In this document: positions 1-10,697 of the stretch, piece after piece
Layout: the number at the start of each line of letters is the position of its first letter
Numbering within the stretch: position 1 is the first letter of the stretch
Assembly (NCBI GenBank): GCA_021325025.1
Contig: JAJPHZ010000016.1
Location: forward strand, 259,616-323,615
Direction of reading: 5' to 3'
DNA from: Pseudomonadota bacterium
GTDB lineage: Bacteria > Desulfobacterota > Binatia > Binatales > Binataceae
DNA: 64,000 nucleotides
Program-made: the position numbers and the translations under genes
Notes under the pieces: model-generated
Told to the model about the DNA's origin: nothing
Databases searched by the model: none
What the model saw: the letters and a program-made list of their open reading frames with translations, nothing else

Positions 1-1
1 C

Positions 2-685
2 AACATGGCGGCGGGCGACGCGATTGTGACCATACCGCTGGGCGTCGATGCCGCATTCAGGCCGGGTATCGCTACCGACGATTTCGTGCGCCGTTATCAA
101 CTTCCGCATCGGTTCGTCCTGACCGTCGGGGTGCTGGAACCGCGCAAGAACCATATCGTCCTGCTCCACGCGCTGCGCCATCTGCACGACCGGGGCGAAA
201 AGCTGACGCTGGTCGTGATCGGACGCGAAGGATGGCGCTGGAGCAATCCGCTGACGCAGCCGCAATTCCGCTCCCTGGCGCCGTGGGTGCGAATCATCGC
301 CGACGTTCCCGACGCCGAGCTGGCGGAGTTCTACAATCGCGCCGCGGTTTTCGCCTATCCATCGTTGTACGAAGGATTCGGCCTGCCGGTGCTGGAGGCG
401 ATGGCCTGCGGGACGCCGGTGGTTTGTTCGTCGGCCTCCGCCCTGCCTGAAGCGGGCGGCGATGCGGCTTTGTACGCCGACCCGCACGACGCCGTCGAGT
501 TGGCCGCCCAGCTCACGCGCGTGCTGACCGACGGCGCACTGCGGCAGCGGATGGTGGAGGCGGGATTGCGCCGGGCACGTCAATTCTCATGGCGGCGCAC
601 GGCCCAACAGACCATCGCGCTATATCAAAGCGTTTGCGGCGTCGTGCCCGCAGCCGTGCCGGTGACCAGCGGTGAAGGCTGCTGA
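2..685 (+). CDS. GT4 (Glycos_transf_1) glycosyltransferase, truncated at the 5' end by the window edge
   Basis: Motifs VGVLEPRKN and YPSLYEGFGLPVLEAMACG (EX7E); frame is open to the window start. Confidence 0.93.
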   Translation, partial: NMAAGDAIVTIPLGVDAAFRPGIATDDFVRRYQLPHRFVLTVGVLEPRKNHIVLLHALRHLHDRGEKLTLVVIGREGWRWSNPLTQPQFRSLAPWVRIIADVPDAELAEFYNRAAVFAYPSLYEGFGLPVLEAMACGTPVVCSSASALPEAGGDAALYADPHDAVELAAQLTRVLTDGALRQRMVEAGLRRARQFSWRRTAQQTIALYQSVCGVVPAAVPVTSGEGC

Positions 686-2147
686 ACTCTCGCCGGCGCT
701 CGAGGATTGGCTGGCCCGGCAAAGCGGCCGGCCGATGCCGTGGCTGGTCGCCTTCGCGATCCTGCTCGCAATCCAGATTAGCCCGTGGTGGTATCCGACG
801 CCTGACGCCGTCGCCTATTTGTCGATTGCCCGCAGCATCGCGCTCACCCATCGCCTGCGCAATCTGGGCGGCATCCATCTCGGTTATCCGCCCGGCTACC
901 CGCTGCTGATTAGCCCGGCCTTTCTGATCTCCAGCCGCCCATTTGTAGCCCTCTCGCTGATGCACTGGGTGATGGCGATCATTTTCATGGCCGGGGTCTA
1001 TCGATGGACCCGCTCCCTGGCGCCGACGGCGGCGGTGCTGCTGACCGGGCTGGTGATGGTCAACGTCGCGTTCTGGATCTACTTCCGGCGCACACTGAGT
1101 GAACTCGCCTTCATGACCGTGATGATCTGGAGCGTGATCACGCTCAACGCAGCGCTGGAAACAGGCTCCTTGCGCCGGAGCTTTATGCTGACCGCGAGTG
1201 GCACGGTTCTGCTGATTGCACTGGTGGCGATCCGCGAGACCGGCATTCTACTGGCGGCGGGCTTTGCAGTGGCGGCGTTGCTCATGGTTCGCGACCGGCG
1301 ACTGCGATGGACCCAGGGGCTGGCAATGATCGGGGCGGCGGCGTCGCCAGCGATCGCCGGGGTGGGCGCCTTTCTTCTCTACGACCTGGCCACGGCGCGC
1401 ACCGCTCCCAGCGCCGTGTTCGGCACGCATCTAAGCGGCTTCCTTGACGCTGCGACGCCTGTTCTTCCACGCGTTGCCGAAGGGCTGCGCCTTCGCATCA
1501 GCGAGGTCGGCCGGCTGATTGTGCCCGGAATGTTCAAGGCATACGCCGGTCACGGCCAATGGTTGCACATCGACATTCTGATCTACCTGGCCGTGTTCAT
1601 CCTCATCGTGCTCGGATGGTGGCGCCTGATGCGCCGCCAGCGCGACGTGTTAGCCGCCACGGCGCCGTTTTACTTCGTCCTGTACGCGCTGTGGGCGTTC
1701 GACGCCGATACCCGCTATCTGCTCCCGCTCCTGCCGCTACTCGTGGCCTGCCTGTGGTTCGCGATCGAGCCGCTCGCGCGCCGGCCGCTGAGCGCACTGG
1801 CAATCCTGCTGGCGGCGCATCTTGCCGTCGCGCTGGGCTATTGGACCGCCGTGGAAATTCCCCGTGGCCGGTCGTGCAACCGGCAATGGGCGTGGGCCGC
1901 GGTCCTGGCGCGCGGGCTTAACGACGCAACCGGCATAGTGGTGGCGACGCATCAAGTGCCGCAGTGCGCGCGGCTGATGCTGTCGTTTCTGATCGACCGC
2001 CCGGTGCCGGAGCGGACGAGTGCGGGCGAGTTTGCCGATGCGCGCCGGCTCTTGGACCGATGGGACGATCCCAATCCGCCGGGATTTGAAGTCCGCCGCC
2101 GCGCCGGACCCTACAAATTGTTGGTATGGAAGGGCAGCCCCGACTGA
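672..2147 (+). CDS. Multi-pass membrane protein, ArnT/GT-C-like glycosyltransferase
   Basis: Many hydrophobic helices; first-loop TPDAVAYLSIARSI and YPPGYPLL; late RYLLP motif; overlaps the GT4 stop. Confidence 0.7.
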   Translation: MKAAELSPALEDWLARQSGRPMPWLVAFAILLAIQISPWWYPTPDAVAYLSIARSIALTHRLRNLGGIHLGYPPGYPLLISPAFLISSRPFVALSLMHWVMAIIFMAGVYRWTRSLAPTAAVLLTGLVMVNVAFWIYFRRTLSELAFMTVMIWSVITLNAALETGSLRRSFMLTASGTVLLIALVAIRETGILLAAGFAVAALLMVRDRRLRWTQGLAMIGAAASPAIAGVGAFLLYDLATARTAPSAVFGTHLSGFLDAATPVLPRVAEGLRLRISEVGRLIVPGMFKAYAGHGQWLHIDILIYLAVFILIVLGWWRLMRRQRDVLAATAPFYFVLYALWAFDADTRYLLPLLPLLVACLWFAIEPLARRPLSALAILLAAHLAVALGYWTAVEIPRGRSCNRQWAWAAVLARGLNDATGIVVATHQVPQCARLMLSFLIDRPVPERTSAGEFADARRLLDRWDDPNPPGFEVRRRAGPYKLLVWKGSPD

Positions 2148-2190
2148 GACAAACTGCGGGTTCAGAGCCAGCGCGCAGAGGTTGACCTTG

Positions 2191-3147
2191 ATGAAGATAG
2201 TGATACTCGACGGCTATTCGTTGAACCCGGGCGACCTGAGCTGGGAGGGGCTGCGGGCGTTGGGCGAGTTGGAAGTTTTCGATCGGACGCCGGAGGATTT
2301 GCTCCTGGAACGCGCCGCGCCGGCCGAAATAATCCTGATCAACAAGATTCATCTGCCCGCAGAAATCCTCAAACAGCTCCCAAAGCTGCGCTACATCGGC
2401 GTTCTGGCCACCGGCTACGACGTGGTCGACACCGCCGCGGCGCGCGAACTGAACATTGCCGTCACCAATATTCCGATCTATGGGACCAACTCGGTGGCGC
2501 AATTCACCTTTGCCCTAATCCTCGAACTGTGCCATCCGCCGGCCATTCACGCCGCCGCCACCCGCGCCGGGGAGTGGTCGCGATGCCCAGATTTCAGCTT
2601 CTGGAAAACGCCGCTCAGGGAGCTGGCCGGCAAGACCATGGGGATCATCGGGCTGGGGCGGATTGGCCGGCGCGTGGGTGAAATCGCCGTGGCGATGGGT
2701 CTGCGGGTGATCGCCGCCGACGCAGTGCAAAGCCCGGTGCCCGACTGGCCGGGCTTTCGCTGGTGCGAAGTGGACGAACTGCTCGCCGCGTCCGATATCG
2801 TCAGTTTGCACTGTCCGCTACTCCCGAGCACCAAAGGAATCATCAATGCCGCATCGCTCGCCAAAATGAAGCCCGGCGCGATTCTCATCAATACCTCGCG
2901 TGGAGCGCTGGTCGTCGAGCAGGATCTGGCCGACGCGCTCAGCGCGGGCCGCCTGGCGGGCGCCGCGGTTGACGTGCTGTCCGTCGAGCCGCCCCCGCCC
3001 GACCATCCTCTGCTCCACGCCCGCAACTGTATCGTGACCCCCCACATCGCCTGGGCCACCAAAGAAGCCCGCACCCGCCTGCTCGACACGGCAATCGCCA
3101 ATCTGCGCGCCTTTCTGGAGGGCCATCCGGTCAACGTCGTCAATTAG
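2191..3147 (+). CDS. D-2-hydroxyacid dehydrogenase (glycerate dehydrogenase/hydroxypyruvate reductase-like)
   Basis: MKIVILDGYSLNPGDLSW start, GLGRIG NAD motif, INTSRG, TPHIAW; ATG 2191 preferred over the ORF-track start at 2020. Confidence 0.92.
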   Translation: MKIVILDGYSLNPGDLSWEGLRALGELEVFDRTPEDLLLERAAPAEIILINKIHLPAEILKQLPKLRYIGVLATGYDVVDTAAARELNIAVTNIPIYGTNSVAQFTFALILELCHPPAIHAAATRAGEWSRCPDFSFWKTPLRELAGKTMGIIGLGRIGRRVGEIAVAMGLRVIAADAVQSPVPDWPGFRWCEVDELLAASDIVSLHCPLLPSTKGIINAASLAKMKPGAILINTSRGALVVEQDLADALSAGRLAGAAVDVLSVEPPPPDHPLLHARNCIVTPHIAWATKEARTRLLDTAIANLRAFLEGHPVNVVN

Positions 3148-3185
3148 GGACAAGCCCGGAACCGGATCTTGCGGTGATTTGAAGC

Positions 3186-3236
3186 GTAGTAGGCAGGCGT
3201 CCTCGCCTCGCATCGATGCGCGAGCGTTTGTTGCTC
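3186..3236. repeat. REP-like element between convergent genes
   Basis: gtagtaggcaggcgtcctcgcct followed by gatgcgcgagcgtttgttgct, which closely matches 40306-40327. Confidence 0.45.
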
Positions 3237-3293
3237 ACGTCACCGATGAAAGGTCTTGCAGATAGATATGGCCTGGCCGCAGATGTGGCGACA

Positions 3294-4487
3294 TCAGCGG
3301 CCGTAGACCAGTGATTCGTATACCTCCTCGATCTGTGCCACCGAGCTGTCCACGCCGAGTTCTTCAGCGTGCGCGCGAAACCAGGTATAGGTGCGGTGCA
3401 CCAGTTCGGGACCGGTGGCGTGCGCGCGGATTATCGCTTCGGCCAGCGCGGCGGGTTGCGCCGATGGCGCGACAAAGCCGTTGATACCGTCGGCGACGAG
3501 GCTGGTTGCGGCATTGTCCGCGCCTTCGACCACGACCGACGGCGTGCCGCGGGCGGCGGCTTCGACCACCACCAGGCCGTAGCCCTCGCGCCGGGAGGGG
3601 AGCAGCAGACACAACGCCCTACCCATCGCGCAGTCGATTTCCTTCCACGACTTAAATCCCGGACATTCGATCGCATCCTCAAGCCCCAGGCGCGCGATCT
3701 CTTTCAGCACCCGCGGCCGCTCGGGACCGTCGCCGAAAATCAATCCGCGCAGACCCGGGATCTGGCGGCGGGCGATTGCGATCGCGTCAGGGATTACGCT
3801 GACCTGCTTTTCCGGGATATGCCGGCCCGCGAACACAACCAGCGGTTCGCGCTTCATCTCGGCGGGCGGCGGCAGGATCGGGCCGTCGTAGATGCCCTTG
3901 AGAACCACCGGCGTGCCGCGGTAGCCGTGCTGGCGCAAAACCTCGGCGGCCAGAGTGGACAGCGTGAATGCGGGACCGGTGAGCGAAATGCACAACTTCT
4001 GCACCGCGGCGCCGGCCGCTCCGCCGGCTCGCCCAAGGTAGTCGCGCCAATAGTCAGGCGGCCACACCTCGACCCAATCGGTCACGACCTTCGGTCCACC
4101 GGCCGCCTGCGCCATCGCGGCCGAAATCAACGGAAAGTAGGGAAAACTGCACGTATGGACGACATCGTAGCGGCGCCGATTGCGCAGCAGATGGCGCAGC
4201 ACGGCGATTCCGAAGCGCAGCGGCGGTGCGATGCGCCGCCGACCCGACGCGGTGTAAAGCTGCCGTCCCCCGTCAAGGCCGATCACTTCCACACCCGGCG
4301 GTGCGTCGGGGGTTTCGTGCACGTTCCACTGCGTGCGGGTCAGGTAGGTCACGCGATGGCGCGCCGCCAGGCGCTGCGCCACCGCGCGATACCATCGTTC
4401 GCATCCGCCGATGGTGTGCGGATACAGGCAGTCGTAGACGATCGCGACCCGCAGCGGCGCGGTGCGGGCTGTGGCGCTAGCGCTCAT
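3294..4487 (-). CDS. GT4 glycosyltransferase
   Basis: YPHTIGGCER, AGRHIPEK and PSRREGYGLVVVEAAARG motifs. Confidence 0.92.
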   Translation of the reverse strand: MSASATARTAPLRVAIVYDCLYPHTIGGCERWYRAVAQRLAARHRVTYLTRTQWNVHETPDAPPGVEVIGLDGGRQLYTASGRRRIAPPLRFGIAVLRHLLRNRRRYDVVHTCSFPYFPLISAAMAQAAGGPKVVTDWVEVWPPDYWRDYLGRAGGAAGAAVQKLCISLTGPAFTLSTLAAEVLRQHGYRGTPVVLKGIYDGPILPPPAEMKREPLVVFAGRHIPEKQVSVIPDAIAIARRQIPGLRGLIFGDGPERPRVLKEIARLGLEDAIECPGFKSWKEIDCAMGRALCLLLPSRREGYGLVVVEAAARGTPSVVVEGADNAATSLVADGINGFVAPSAQPAALAEAIIRAHATGPELVHRTYTWFRAHAEELGVDSSVAQIEEVYESLVYGR

Positions 4488-5691
4488 CGGAGGGCGGCCG
4501 CACCAGCCACAGCAGGCTCAAAAAGAAGGAGGAAAAAATCGTCTGCGCACCGATTATCATCAATGTCGAGGCCTGCGTGGCGGGCCGGATTGCGTTGAGC
4601 GCACCCATCCCGCTTTGCAGCCATCGCACCAGGATGCGCAGGTCCAACACAAAGCCGGCTGCAAACAGTAGCGCGCCCACCGCGATTCCCCGCTCCAGGT
4701 TGAAATGGCGCTGCATGCTCTCGATCAGCGGATCGGCGGCGTACAACCCCGCGCCGTGCGTATAAGCCTTGGCGAACAGGCCCGTCATCACGACCTGAAA
4801 CCCCAGGATGCTCAGCAGGCTGCCCACCAGCATATAGTGGTAGTCGAAGGTAAGCACGCCGATTCGCACCGGCCCCCAGCCCAGCGCAATCAGCGGAACC
4901 AGGCCCAGCAGCATCAGCACGGCCCCCGGAATCAGGAACAGCCAGGTCGGCGAATGCAGCAGCATGAAGCGCAGATGGCGCCAGCCGTCGCGCAGCGGCC
5001 GCAGATGCGGTCCGTGCGCAGCGCGGCCGTCGCGCCGCAGCGTGACCGGAATATCGACGATCCGCATGTTGGCCAGCGACGCCTTGATCACCATCTCGGA
5101 GGCGAATTCCATCCCGGGCGCGCTCGCCTTCATCCGCCGATAGGCCTGGCGCGTCAGGGCGCGCATCCCGCAATGGGCGTCGGAAACCCGCCCTTTGAAG
5201 AACAGATTGAGGATGCCCGACAGCAGTGGATTGCCGATGCGGCGGTTGAGCCAGGGCATCGCGCCGGCTTCGATCCGTCCCAGCACCCGCGACCCCATCA
5301 CCAGGTCGGCGCCGGCGCGTAGCTCATCGACGAATCGGCCCAGCTCCGACAGATCGTAGGAGTCGTCGGCGTCGGCCATCACGAGCAGCTCCCCGCGCGC
5401 CTCCTCGGCGCCGCGCCGCAGCGCGTTGCCGTAGCCGCGCCGCGGCTCGAGTACGACCCGCGCGCCCGCCGCTCGCGCGATTTCCGGCGAACCGTCCTCC
5501 GAGCCGTTGTCGACCACCACCACTTCGCCGCGCAGTCCAAGGCGGTGCATCGTCTCGAGCGCCGCCGTCACGCACGTCCCCACCGTTTCGGCTTCATTGA
5601 GGCAGGGGAGCACGACGGACACCTCAAGGTCGGCGTCCGCCTTGGCGGCGGTCTCGATTGCTGCTTCGCCTTTGCCCGAAGTTGCGTTCAT
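4477..5691 (-). CDS. GT2 polyprenol-phosphate glycosyltransferase (DPM1-like) with C-terminal TM helices
   Basis: VLPCLNEA, VVDNGSEDGS, GYGNAL, MADADDSY, DAHCGMR and GMEFASEM motifs, then several TM helices. Confidence 0.9.
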   Translation of the reverse strand: MNATSGKGEAAIETAAKADADLEVSVVLPCLNEAETVGTCVTAALETMHRLGLRGEVVVVDNGSEDGSPEIARAAGARVVLEPRRGYGNALRRGAEEARGELLVMADADDSYDLSELGRFVDELRAGADLVMGSRVLGRIEAGAMPWLNRRIGNPLLSGILNLFFKGRVSDAHCGMRALTRQAYRRMKASAPGMEFASEMVIKASLANMRIVDIPVTLRRDGRAAHGPHLRPLRDGWRHLRFMLLHSPTWLFLIPGAVLMLLGLVPLIALGWGPVRIGVLTFDYHYMLVGSLLSILGFQVVMTGLFAKAYTHGAGLYAADPLIESMQRHFNLERGIAVGALLFAAGFVLDLRILVRWLQSGMGALNAIRPATQASTLMIIGAQTIFSSFFLSLLWLVRPPSDER

Positions 5692-5875
5692 CGGCCGGTC
5701 ACCGTGAATCTTGTAACCTGGATTGACCGAGCAAGGAATCTAGCAAAAAGCGGCCACCTTGTGTCATATTCTGGTCGCGTTGGCGGCGGCGGATTTCGTT
5801 CGACTCGCGGGCAGAGATGTGTGTTTAGGGCTGGTCCGGGTTCGACGGCGAAACCGCTGCCAGGTCATCTTGTTT

Positions 5876-8497
5876 GTGAACAAATCCAGACGCAACGATT
5901 TCGCGGCGCTGCTGGTCTATGTCGGCATCTCGGTCGGCTTCTTCGGCCGCCACTTGCTGCGCCATTCGGCAACCGCTTACGTCGGTGAAGGTACGGACCC
6001 CTCGCAGATGATGTGGCTGTTGGTGTGGTGGCCGTACGCGCTGATTCATCGCATCAATCCATTTCTCACCAGGGCGGTATGGGCGCCATCCGGCGCCAAT
6101 CTTGCCTGGATGACCTGCATTCCGGCGCCCAGCCTGTTGGCTTTTCCTGCAACCTATGCTTTCGGGCCGGTGGTGTCCTACAATCTGCTTTCGCTGCTCG
6201 GACCGGCGCTTTCGGCATTTGCCGCCTACTGCTTGTGCCGCGCCGCAGGCGGCGCGTTCGTCGCTTCCTTGATCGGTGGTTATTTTTACGGCTTCTCCAG
6301 CTATGAGGTTGGGCAGGTGTTGGGCGGACACCTGAGCCTCAGTCTGGTTTTTCTGCCCCCGATTCTGGCGGCTTTGTTCATTCGCTTCGCTGCTGGGGTA
6401 GTTTCGCGCCGCCGCTTCGCCGCCTGGTTCACTACTCTGCTGGCGCTCCAGTTCCTCATATCCAACGAAGTACTCGCGACAGCGACGCTGTTTGGATTGC
6501 TCGCCGTCGCGCTCGCCTGGTGCCTCGGCGACTCCTCGATCCGCTGGCAACTGCGTCGCGCCGCACCCGTGCTGCTCATCTGTTATATCCTCGCCGCGAT
6601 TGCGCTGAGTCCTTACCTTTATTACATGTTCGCCTATCAAATGCCGAGCAAGCCTCTTTATCCACCTGACGCGTACTCCGCGGATCTGGCCGGATTCATA
6701 GTTCCGAATATCCTTAATTATTTCAGGTATTCATTCGGCGGTCTTGACGCCCGCCATTTCCTGATAGACCCATGGGAAAATGGCGCGTTTGTAGGTATAC
6801 CAATTCTGATTCTGATTGCGTGGTACGTCGTTGAGGACTGGGGTACGTTTGCGGCAAAGCTTCTCGCCGCCTTCCTGTTTTTCGTTTGTCTGGCCGCGCT
6901 CGGGCCCGTGCTGCACGTTGCGGGACAGCCAAGCCTCGCCCTTCCATGGAGCGCCGCGTTGCATCTGCCGCTGCTCAAGCATGCGCTGCCTGGACGCTTC
7001 ATGCTGTATTTCTTCCTCGGCGGGGCGGTGGCGATCGCCATGTGGATTTCGCGAACGCAAACCGCCGCGAAGGCCCGGTTTGCTCTTGTGATCCTTTGTG
7101 CCGTGTCGCTCTGGCCGTCGGCAACGATTACCAAAACAGCCATCCCCCCGTTCTTCACGTCGGGGACATACAGGTATTTTCTGCGCCCCGGCGAGAACGT
7201 GTTGATTGTCCCTTTCGGTCAAACCGGCGATAGCATGCTGTGGCAGGCTGAAACCCTGATGTATTTCAGGATGGCCGGCGGGTGGCTGGGGCCGATGCCT
7301 GCGGAGTATGAGCATTGGCCGATTGTCCAAGCACTCCTCTCATCGGTCCTCATGCCCGAACCGGATTTGCAACTGAAAGCCTTTCTCTTGCACTACGGAA
7401 TACACACTGTCGTGCTGGACGACGCCGTCAAAGGACCATGGAGAAGGCTCTTTTCTTCATTGGATACAGCCCCGGTCAGACTTGGGCAGGTTACCGTATA
7501 CAGGACCGCAGCGGGTCGGTTGAGCGCGACCCCACCGCTGAATCCGCTGCAGGCCGAGGGACGCGCCAACCTGGAACGCTTTGGCGAGATGCTCGCGGCG
7601 ACTACCGAATACTTGCGCCGGGGACTCGATCCCGCAAAGCTCAATTGCGCGCGCGCGCAGCAACTGGGACTCATTCCGGATCGCGGCGAATCGCGCGTCA
7701 CGTCCAACCAGCTCGGCTGGTGCTACTCGATGTGGTTCGGTGTTTTGCGGGCCGAGGATTTTGGCCTCGGTCTGATCGGCGATTACCCGGGCTTGAGACC
7801 AGTGGTGGCGCGCTACAAGGCTTTTGCGAAAGATATCTTCTATCCCTATCCGCGCAAGATGGATGGTAATCCGGAGCCGGACCAGGTGGGCGCCCTGATA
7901 ATGACGTTCGATCGCGAGCGCCTGGTACAGGCAGCGGCCGCCGCGGCTTCAGCTCAGGTTGCCGCAGGTCGTGATTGGCTGCCGCCCTGGCTGCAGCCAA
8001 ACCGCCAGCAACCCGTCAAGGGGTGGTTGTCGCCAAAAGCCGGCGCTGCGGACAGAGCATTGCCGATAATCACGGCGGTTAACGGTGTGTCGGTCTCGCC
8101 GGCTGCGGGGGCCGACGTCGATCGCGGGACCGTCGGTCCTGTCTTGGCGGCGCGGCGGGCGCGATGGGGACCTTGGTGGAAGCAGGTGCAAGCCGACAAC
8201 CTTGTAATGATCGAAGGACATAACTTCGACGATAGGTTCGGCATCGCAGTTGATATTTACTGTAGATGTCCCGGGGGCGAGGTTGGCCCCTTCTTTTTCG
8301 AGCCGCGCTATAATCCGTTCGATGAAACCCGGATTTTCCTCGGCGTCTCCCTTTATGGATCCAAAGCGCCGCTGGCCGGTGCAGGCTCGATAGTAGTGAG
8401 CAACAGAGGTAGTGATGGTCAATACTCGGCCAAGAGCAACAGAGTTCCGGTGTGGATCGGACCGCCGGCCGGGCGAGACCGGAGAGCGTCGCGATAG
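5876..8497 (+). CDS. GT-C-like multi-TM membrane protein with a C-terminal beta-rich (Ig/IPT-like) CxC module
   Basis: First-loop GTDPSQMMWLLVWWP, many TM helices, PGRF motif, soluble C-terminal region; full-length paralog of 10698-13364; GTG start at 5876 is inferred. Confidence 0.75.
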   Translation: MNKSRRNDFAALLVYVGISVGFFGRHLLRHSATAYVGEGTDPSQMMWLLVWWPYALIHRINPFLTRAVWAPSGANLAWMTCIPAPSLLAFPATYAFGPVVSYNLLSLLGPALSAFAAYCLCRAAGGAFVASLIGGYFYGFSSYEVGQVLGGHLSLSLVFLPPILAALFIRFAAGVVSRRRFAAWFTTLLALQFLISNEVLATATLFGLLAVALAWCLGDSSIRWQLRRAAPVLLICYILAAIALSPYLYYMFAYQMPSKPLYPPDAYSADLAGFIVPNILNYFRYSFGGLDARHFLIDPWENGAFVGIPILILIAWYVVEDWGTFAAKLLAAFLFFVCLAALGPVLHVAGQPSLALPWSAALHLPLLKHALPGRFMLYFFLGGAVAIAMWISRTQTAAKARFALVILCAVSLWPSATITKTAIPPFFTSGTYRYFLRPGENVLIVPFGQTGDSMLWQAETLMYFRMAGGWLGPMPAEYEHWPIVQALLSSVLMPEPDLQLKAFLLHYGIHTVVLDDAVKGPWRRLFSSLDTAPVRLGQVTVYRTAAGRLSATPPLNPLQAEGRANLERFGEMLAATTEYLRRGLDPAKLNCARAQQLGLIPDRGESRVTSNQLGWCYSMWFGVLRAEDFGLGLIGDYPGLRPVVARYKAFAKDIFYPYPRKMDGNPEPDQVGALIMTFDRERLVQAAAAAASAQVAAGRDWLPPWLQPNRQQPVKGWLSPKAGAADRALPIITAVNGVSVSPAAGADVDRGTVGPVLAARRARWGPWWKQVQADNLVMIEGHNFDDRFGIAVDIYCRCPGGEVGPFFFEPRYNPFDETRIFLGVSLYGSKAPLAGAGSIVVSNRGSDGQYSAKSNRVPVWIGPPAGRDRRASR

Positions 8498-8512
8498 ATA
8501 AGGGTTCTTGCG

Positions 8513-10663
8513 GTGTCATCAAAGAGCCCCGTACTGAAGACCCGCGTCGTTGGCATCGCGATTTTTCTTACCGCGCTTGCGGTTTTTTACGCTTCGCCCA
8601 ACCTGCAGGTGTACGATAGCAACTTCTCGATGCTGCTGAGCGAGGTCATACTCCGCGGGCATAGCGTCGATCTCAGCCGCGTTCCGCTCAAAGTCCTTAA
8701 TTTCGATTCTCGAAATCTTAGAGACGGCTATCCTTACCAAACGATCGTCGAAAAGGGCAGACGCTTGTACTATATGCCGTGGGGCGGCTCGATTCTGGCC
8801 CTGCCCGCAGTTGCCGTGTTCAATGCAGTTGGCGTATCGGCTCTGACTCCCGCCTGGCATTTCGACGCGGCGGGCGAGTGTACGATTCAGAAGATTCTTG
8901 CGGCCGTGCTGATGGCGATCTTTTGTTGGCTGGTCTTTCAAACCGCCGTGGTGGCGGAACTGCCGGTGTGGTGGGCTGGTGCGATCGCTCTGGGCACCGC
9001 GTTTGGAACCCAAGTGTGGTCTACCGCGTCGCGGGCCTTGTGGGGGCAGACCTGGCTGCTGCTGTTACTGGGCATAGCGCTCTGGCTTCTGTTGCGATGG
9101 AGAACGCAACGGGGAAGGTTTCACCCGATTGCCTTTGCCACGCTGGTATCCTGGATGTATTTCGTGCGTCCCATGGCGAGCGTGCCGATCATGGCAATCA
9201 GCGCCTACCTGCTTTTTACCTACCCGCGCCAATTCCCCGCCTACCTGCTTTGCGGCCTGCTGTGGCTGGGCGGCTTTATTGCAACTTCGATGTATTTCTT
9301 CGGGGCGCCGCTGCCGCCCTATTACCACGAAACTTGGTGGCTGAGCACGGTCGGCGCGCGCCATCGCCTGATGGCGGTGCTGTTCAGTCCGTCGCGCGGC
9401 TTGTTTATCTACGTCCCAATCCTTGGTTTTGTCCTGTTTCTCACCTTCCGCTACTGGCGGCAACTGCGCGCGGAGAAATTGGTGCTGATGTCGCTGGCGG
9501 TCATCGCCGCCGACCTCGCCATACTCTCCACCTTGACGATGTGGTGGGGAGGCTGGAGCTACGGGCCGCGTGAACTGACCGAGACCGTGCCGTTCTTTGT
9601 GCTGTTGGCGATCTTTGGCTGCAGAGCATTTTTGGCAGATGCTTCGCTCAGCCTGCATGGCTGCTCGGCCATCATCTCGTTCGGTATCGTTCTTTTAATC
9701 CTCAGTGTGCTGATAAACGCGCCAGGCGCCCTTTCATACGCCGCGGTCGGATCGTGGAATGTCCAGGAGGATCAGCAGCACCGGGAACTGCTTTGGGACT
9801 GGAGTCATGCTCCGTTTCTGGCGCCACTGAGTGCTGCGGTGACCGACGCCGCGTCGGATGATGCCGACATTCCTGCCGCGGTGGGTGCGATGGCGCGAAA
9901 GAACGATGAGCAGGCGGCGGCAAACATCGTGACTGAGGCAGGTCCCGTCGTCGAGAGCGTCAACGGCGTCAACGTGATACGCAACTACGCCGGTCCCGGG
10001 ACCGACTGGGCGCCGGTGCTGATAATGGCCAGGCGTTCCAACCCGCTGGCAGCGTGGTGGAACAGCGATCTGGACGAAACCGTGATCATTCGCGGACATG
10101 GATTTGATGCAAGGCATGGCGTGGCGGTTGGAGTGTTTTGTCCGTGTCGGGGCTCGGGTCAGATCGGCCCGTTCTTTTTCAACCCCGACAACCCGAACTT
10201 CAGTCCGACGAGAATCATTTTGCAGATTCCGCGTCCCGTTGGTCAGCCGGTTCCCGTCGGCTCGGGGTTCATTGAAGTTCGCAACCGCGGCAAGGACGGC
10301 ACCTATTCCCAGATTGCCAATCGTGTATGGATTTCCCTCGGAGCACCGCTGCGAGTGCGCCACGTCTACCAGTCGGGCGCGTCGATCCTGGTCGAGGGAT
10401 CGGGTTTCGAGTCTTCGACTCGAATCAATTTATATAATTCAAGCTCTCCTTTTTCCCAGGCGCAACTCCCGCCCAATCTGGGCGGCGTGGACGGCGCGGG
10501 GCGGCCCAGAATTCTGCTGAACATCGAGAGTCACTCCAGGTTCACCTTCAGGGTGCCGGACAATGCGGGTCCCGGCGAATGGTACGTGGAAGCGCTCAAC
10601 CCGCCTTACCTGCCGTTTTCAAGTTCTTACGGCGATCCCGGCGGCGCCTTTGTCATTCGATGA
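8513..10663 (+). CDS. GT-C-like membrane protein with two C-terminal beta-rich (Ig/IPT-like) modules
   Basis: TM-rich N-terminal ~440 aa (YDSNFS loop, FSPSRGLFIYVP, WWGGWSYGPR); C-terminal ~240 aa aligns by eye with the protein at 19771-20793. Confidence 0.75.
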   Translation: MSSKSPVLKTRVVGIAIFLTALAVFYASPNLQVYDSNFSMLLSEVILRGHSVDLSRVPLKVLNFDSRNLRDGYPYQTIVEKGRRLYYMPWGGSILALPAVAVFNAVGVSALTPAWHFDAAGECTIQKILAAVLMAIFCWLVFQTAVVAELPVWWAGAIALGTAFGTQVWSTASRALWGQTWLLLLLGIALWLLLRWRTQRGRFHPIAFATLVSWMYFVRPMASVPIMAISAYLLFTYPRQFPAYLLCGLLWLGGFIATSMYFFGAPLPPYYHETWWLSTVGARHRLMAVLFSPSRGLFIYVPILGFVLFLTFRYWRQLRAEKLVLMSLAVIAADLAILSTLTMWWGGWSYGPRELTETVPFFVLLAIFGCRAFLADASLSLHGCSAIISFGIVLLILSVLINAPGALSYAAVGSWNVQEDQQHRELLWDWSHAPFLAPLSAAVTDAASDDADIPAAVGAMARKNDEQAAANIVTEAGPVVESVNGVNVIRNYAGPGTDWAPVLIMARRSNPLAAWWNSDLDETVIIRGHGFDARHGVAVGVFCPCRGSGQIGPFFFNPDNPNFSPTRIILQIPRPVGQPVPVGSGFIEVRNRGKDGTYSQIANRVWISLGAPLRVRHVYQSGASILVEGSGFESSTRINLYNSSSPFSQAQLPPNLGGVDGAGRPRILLNIESHSRFTFRVPDNAGPGEWYVEALNPPYLPFSSSYGDPGGAFVIR

Positions 10664-10697
10664 TTCGAACCACCCACGCATATCGATCGCGGGAATT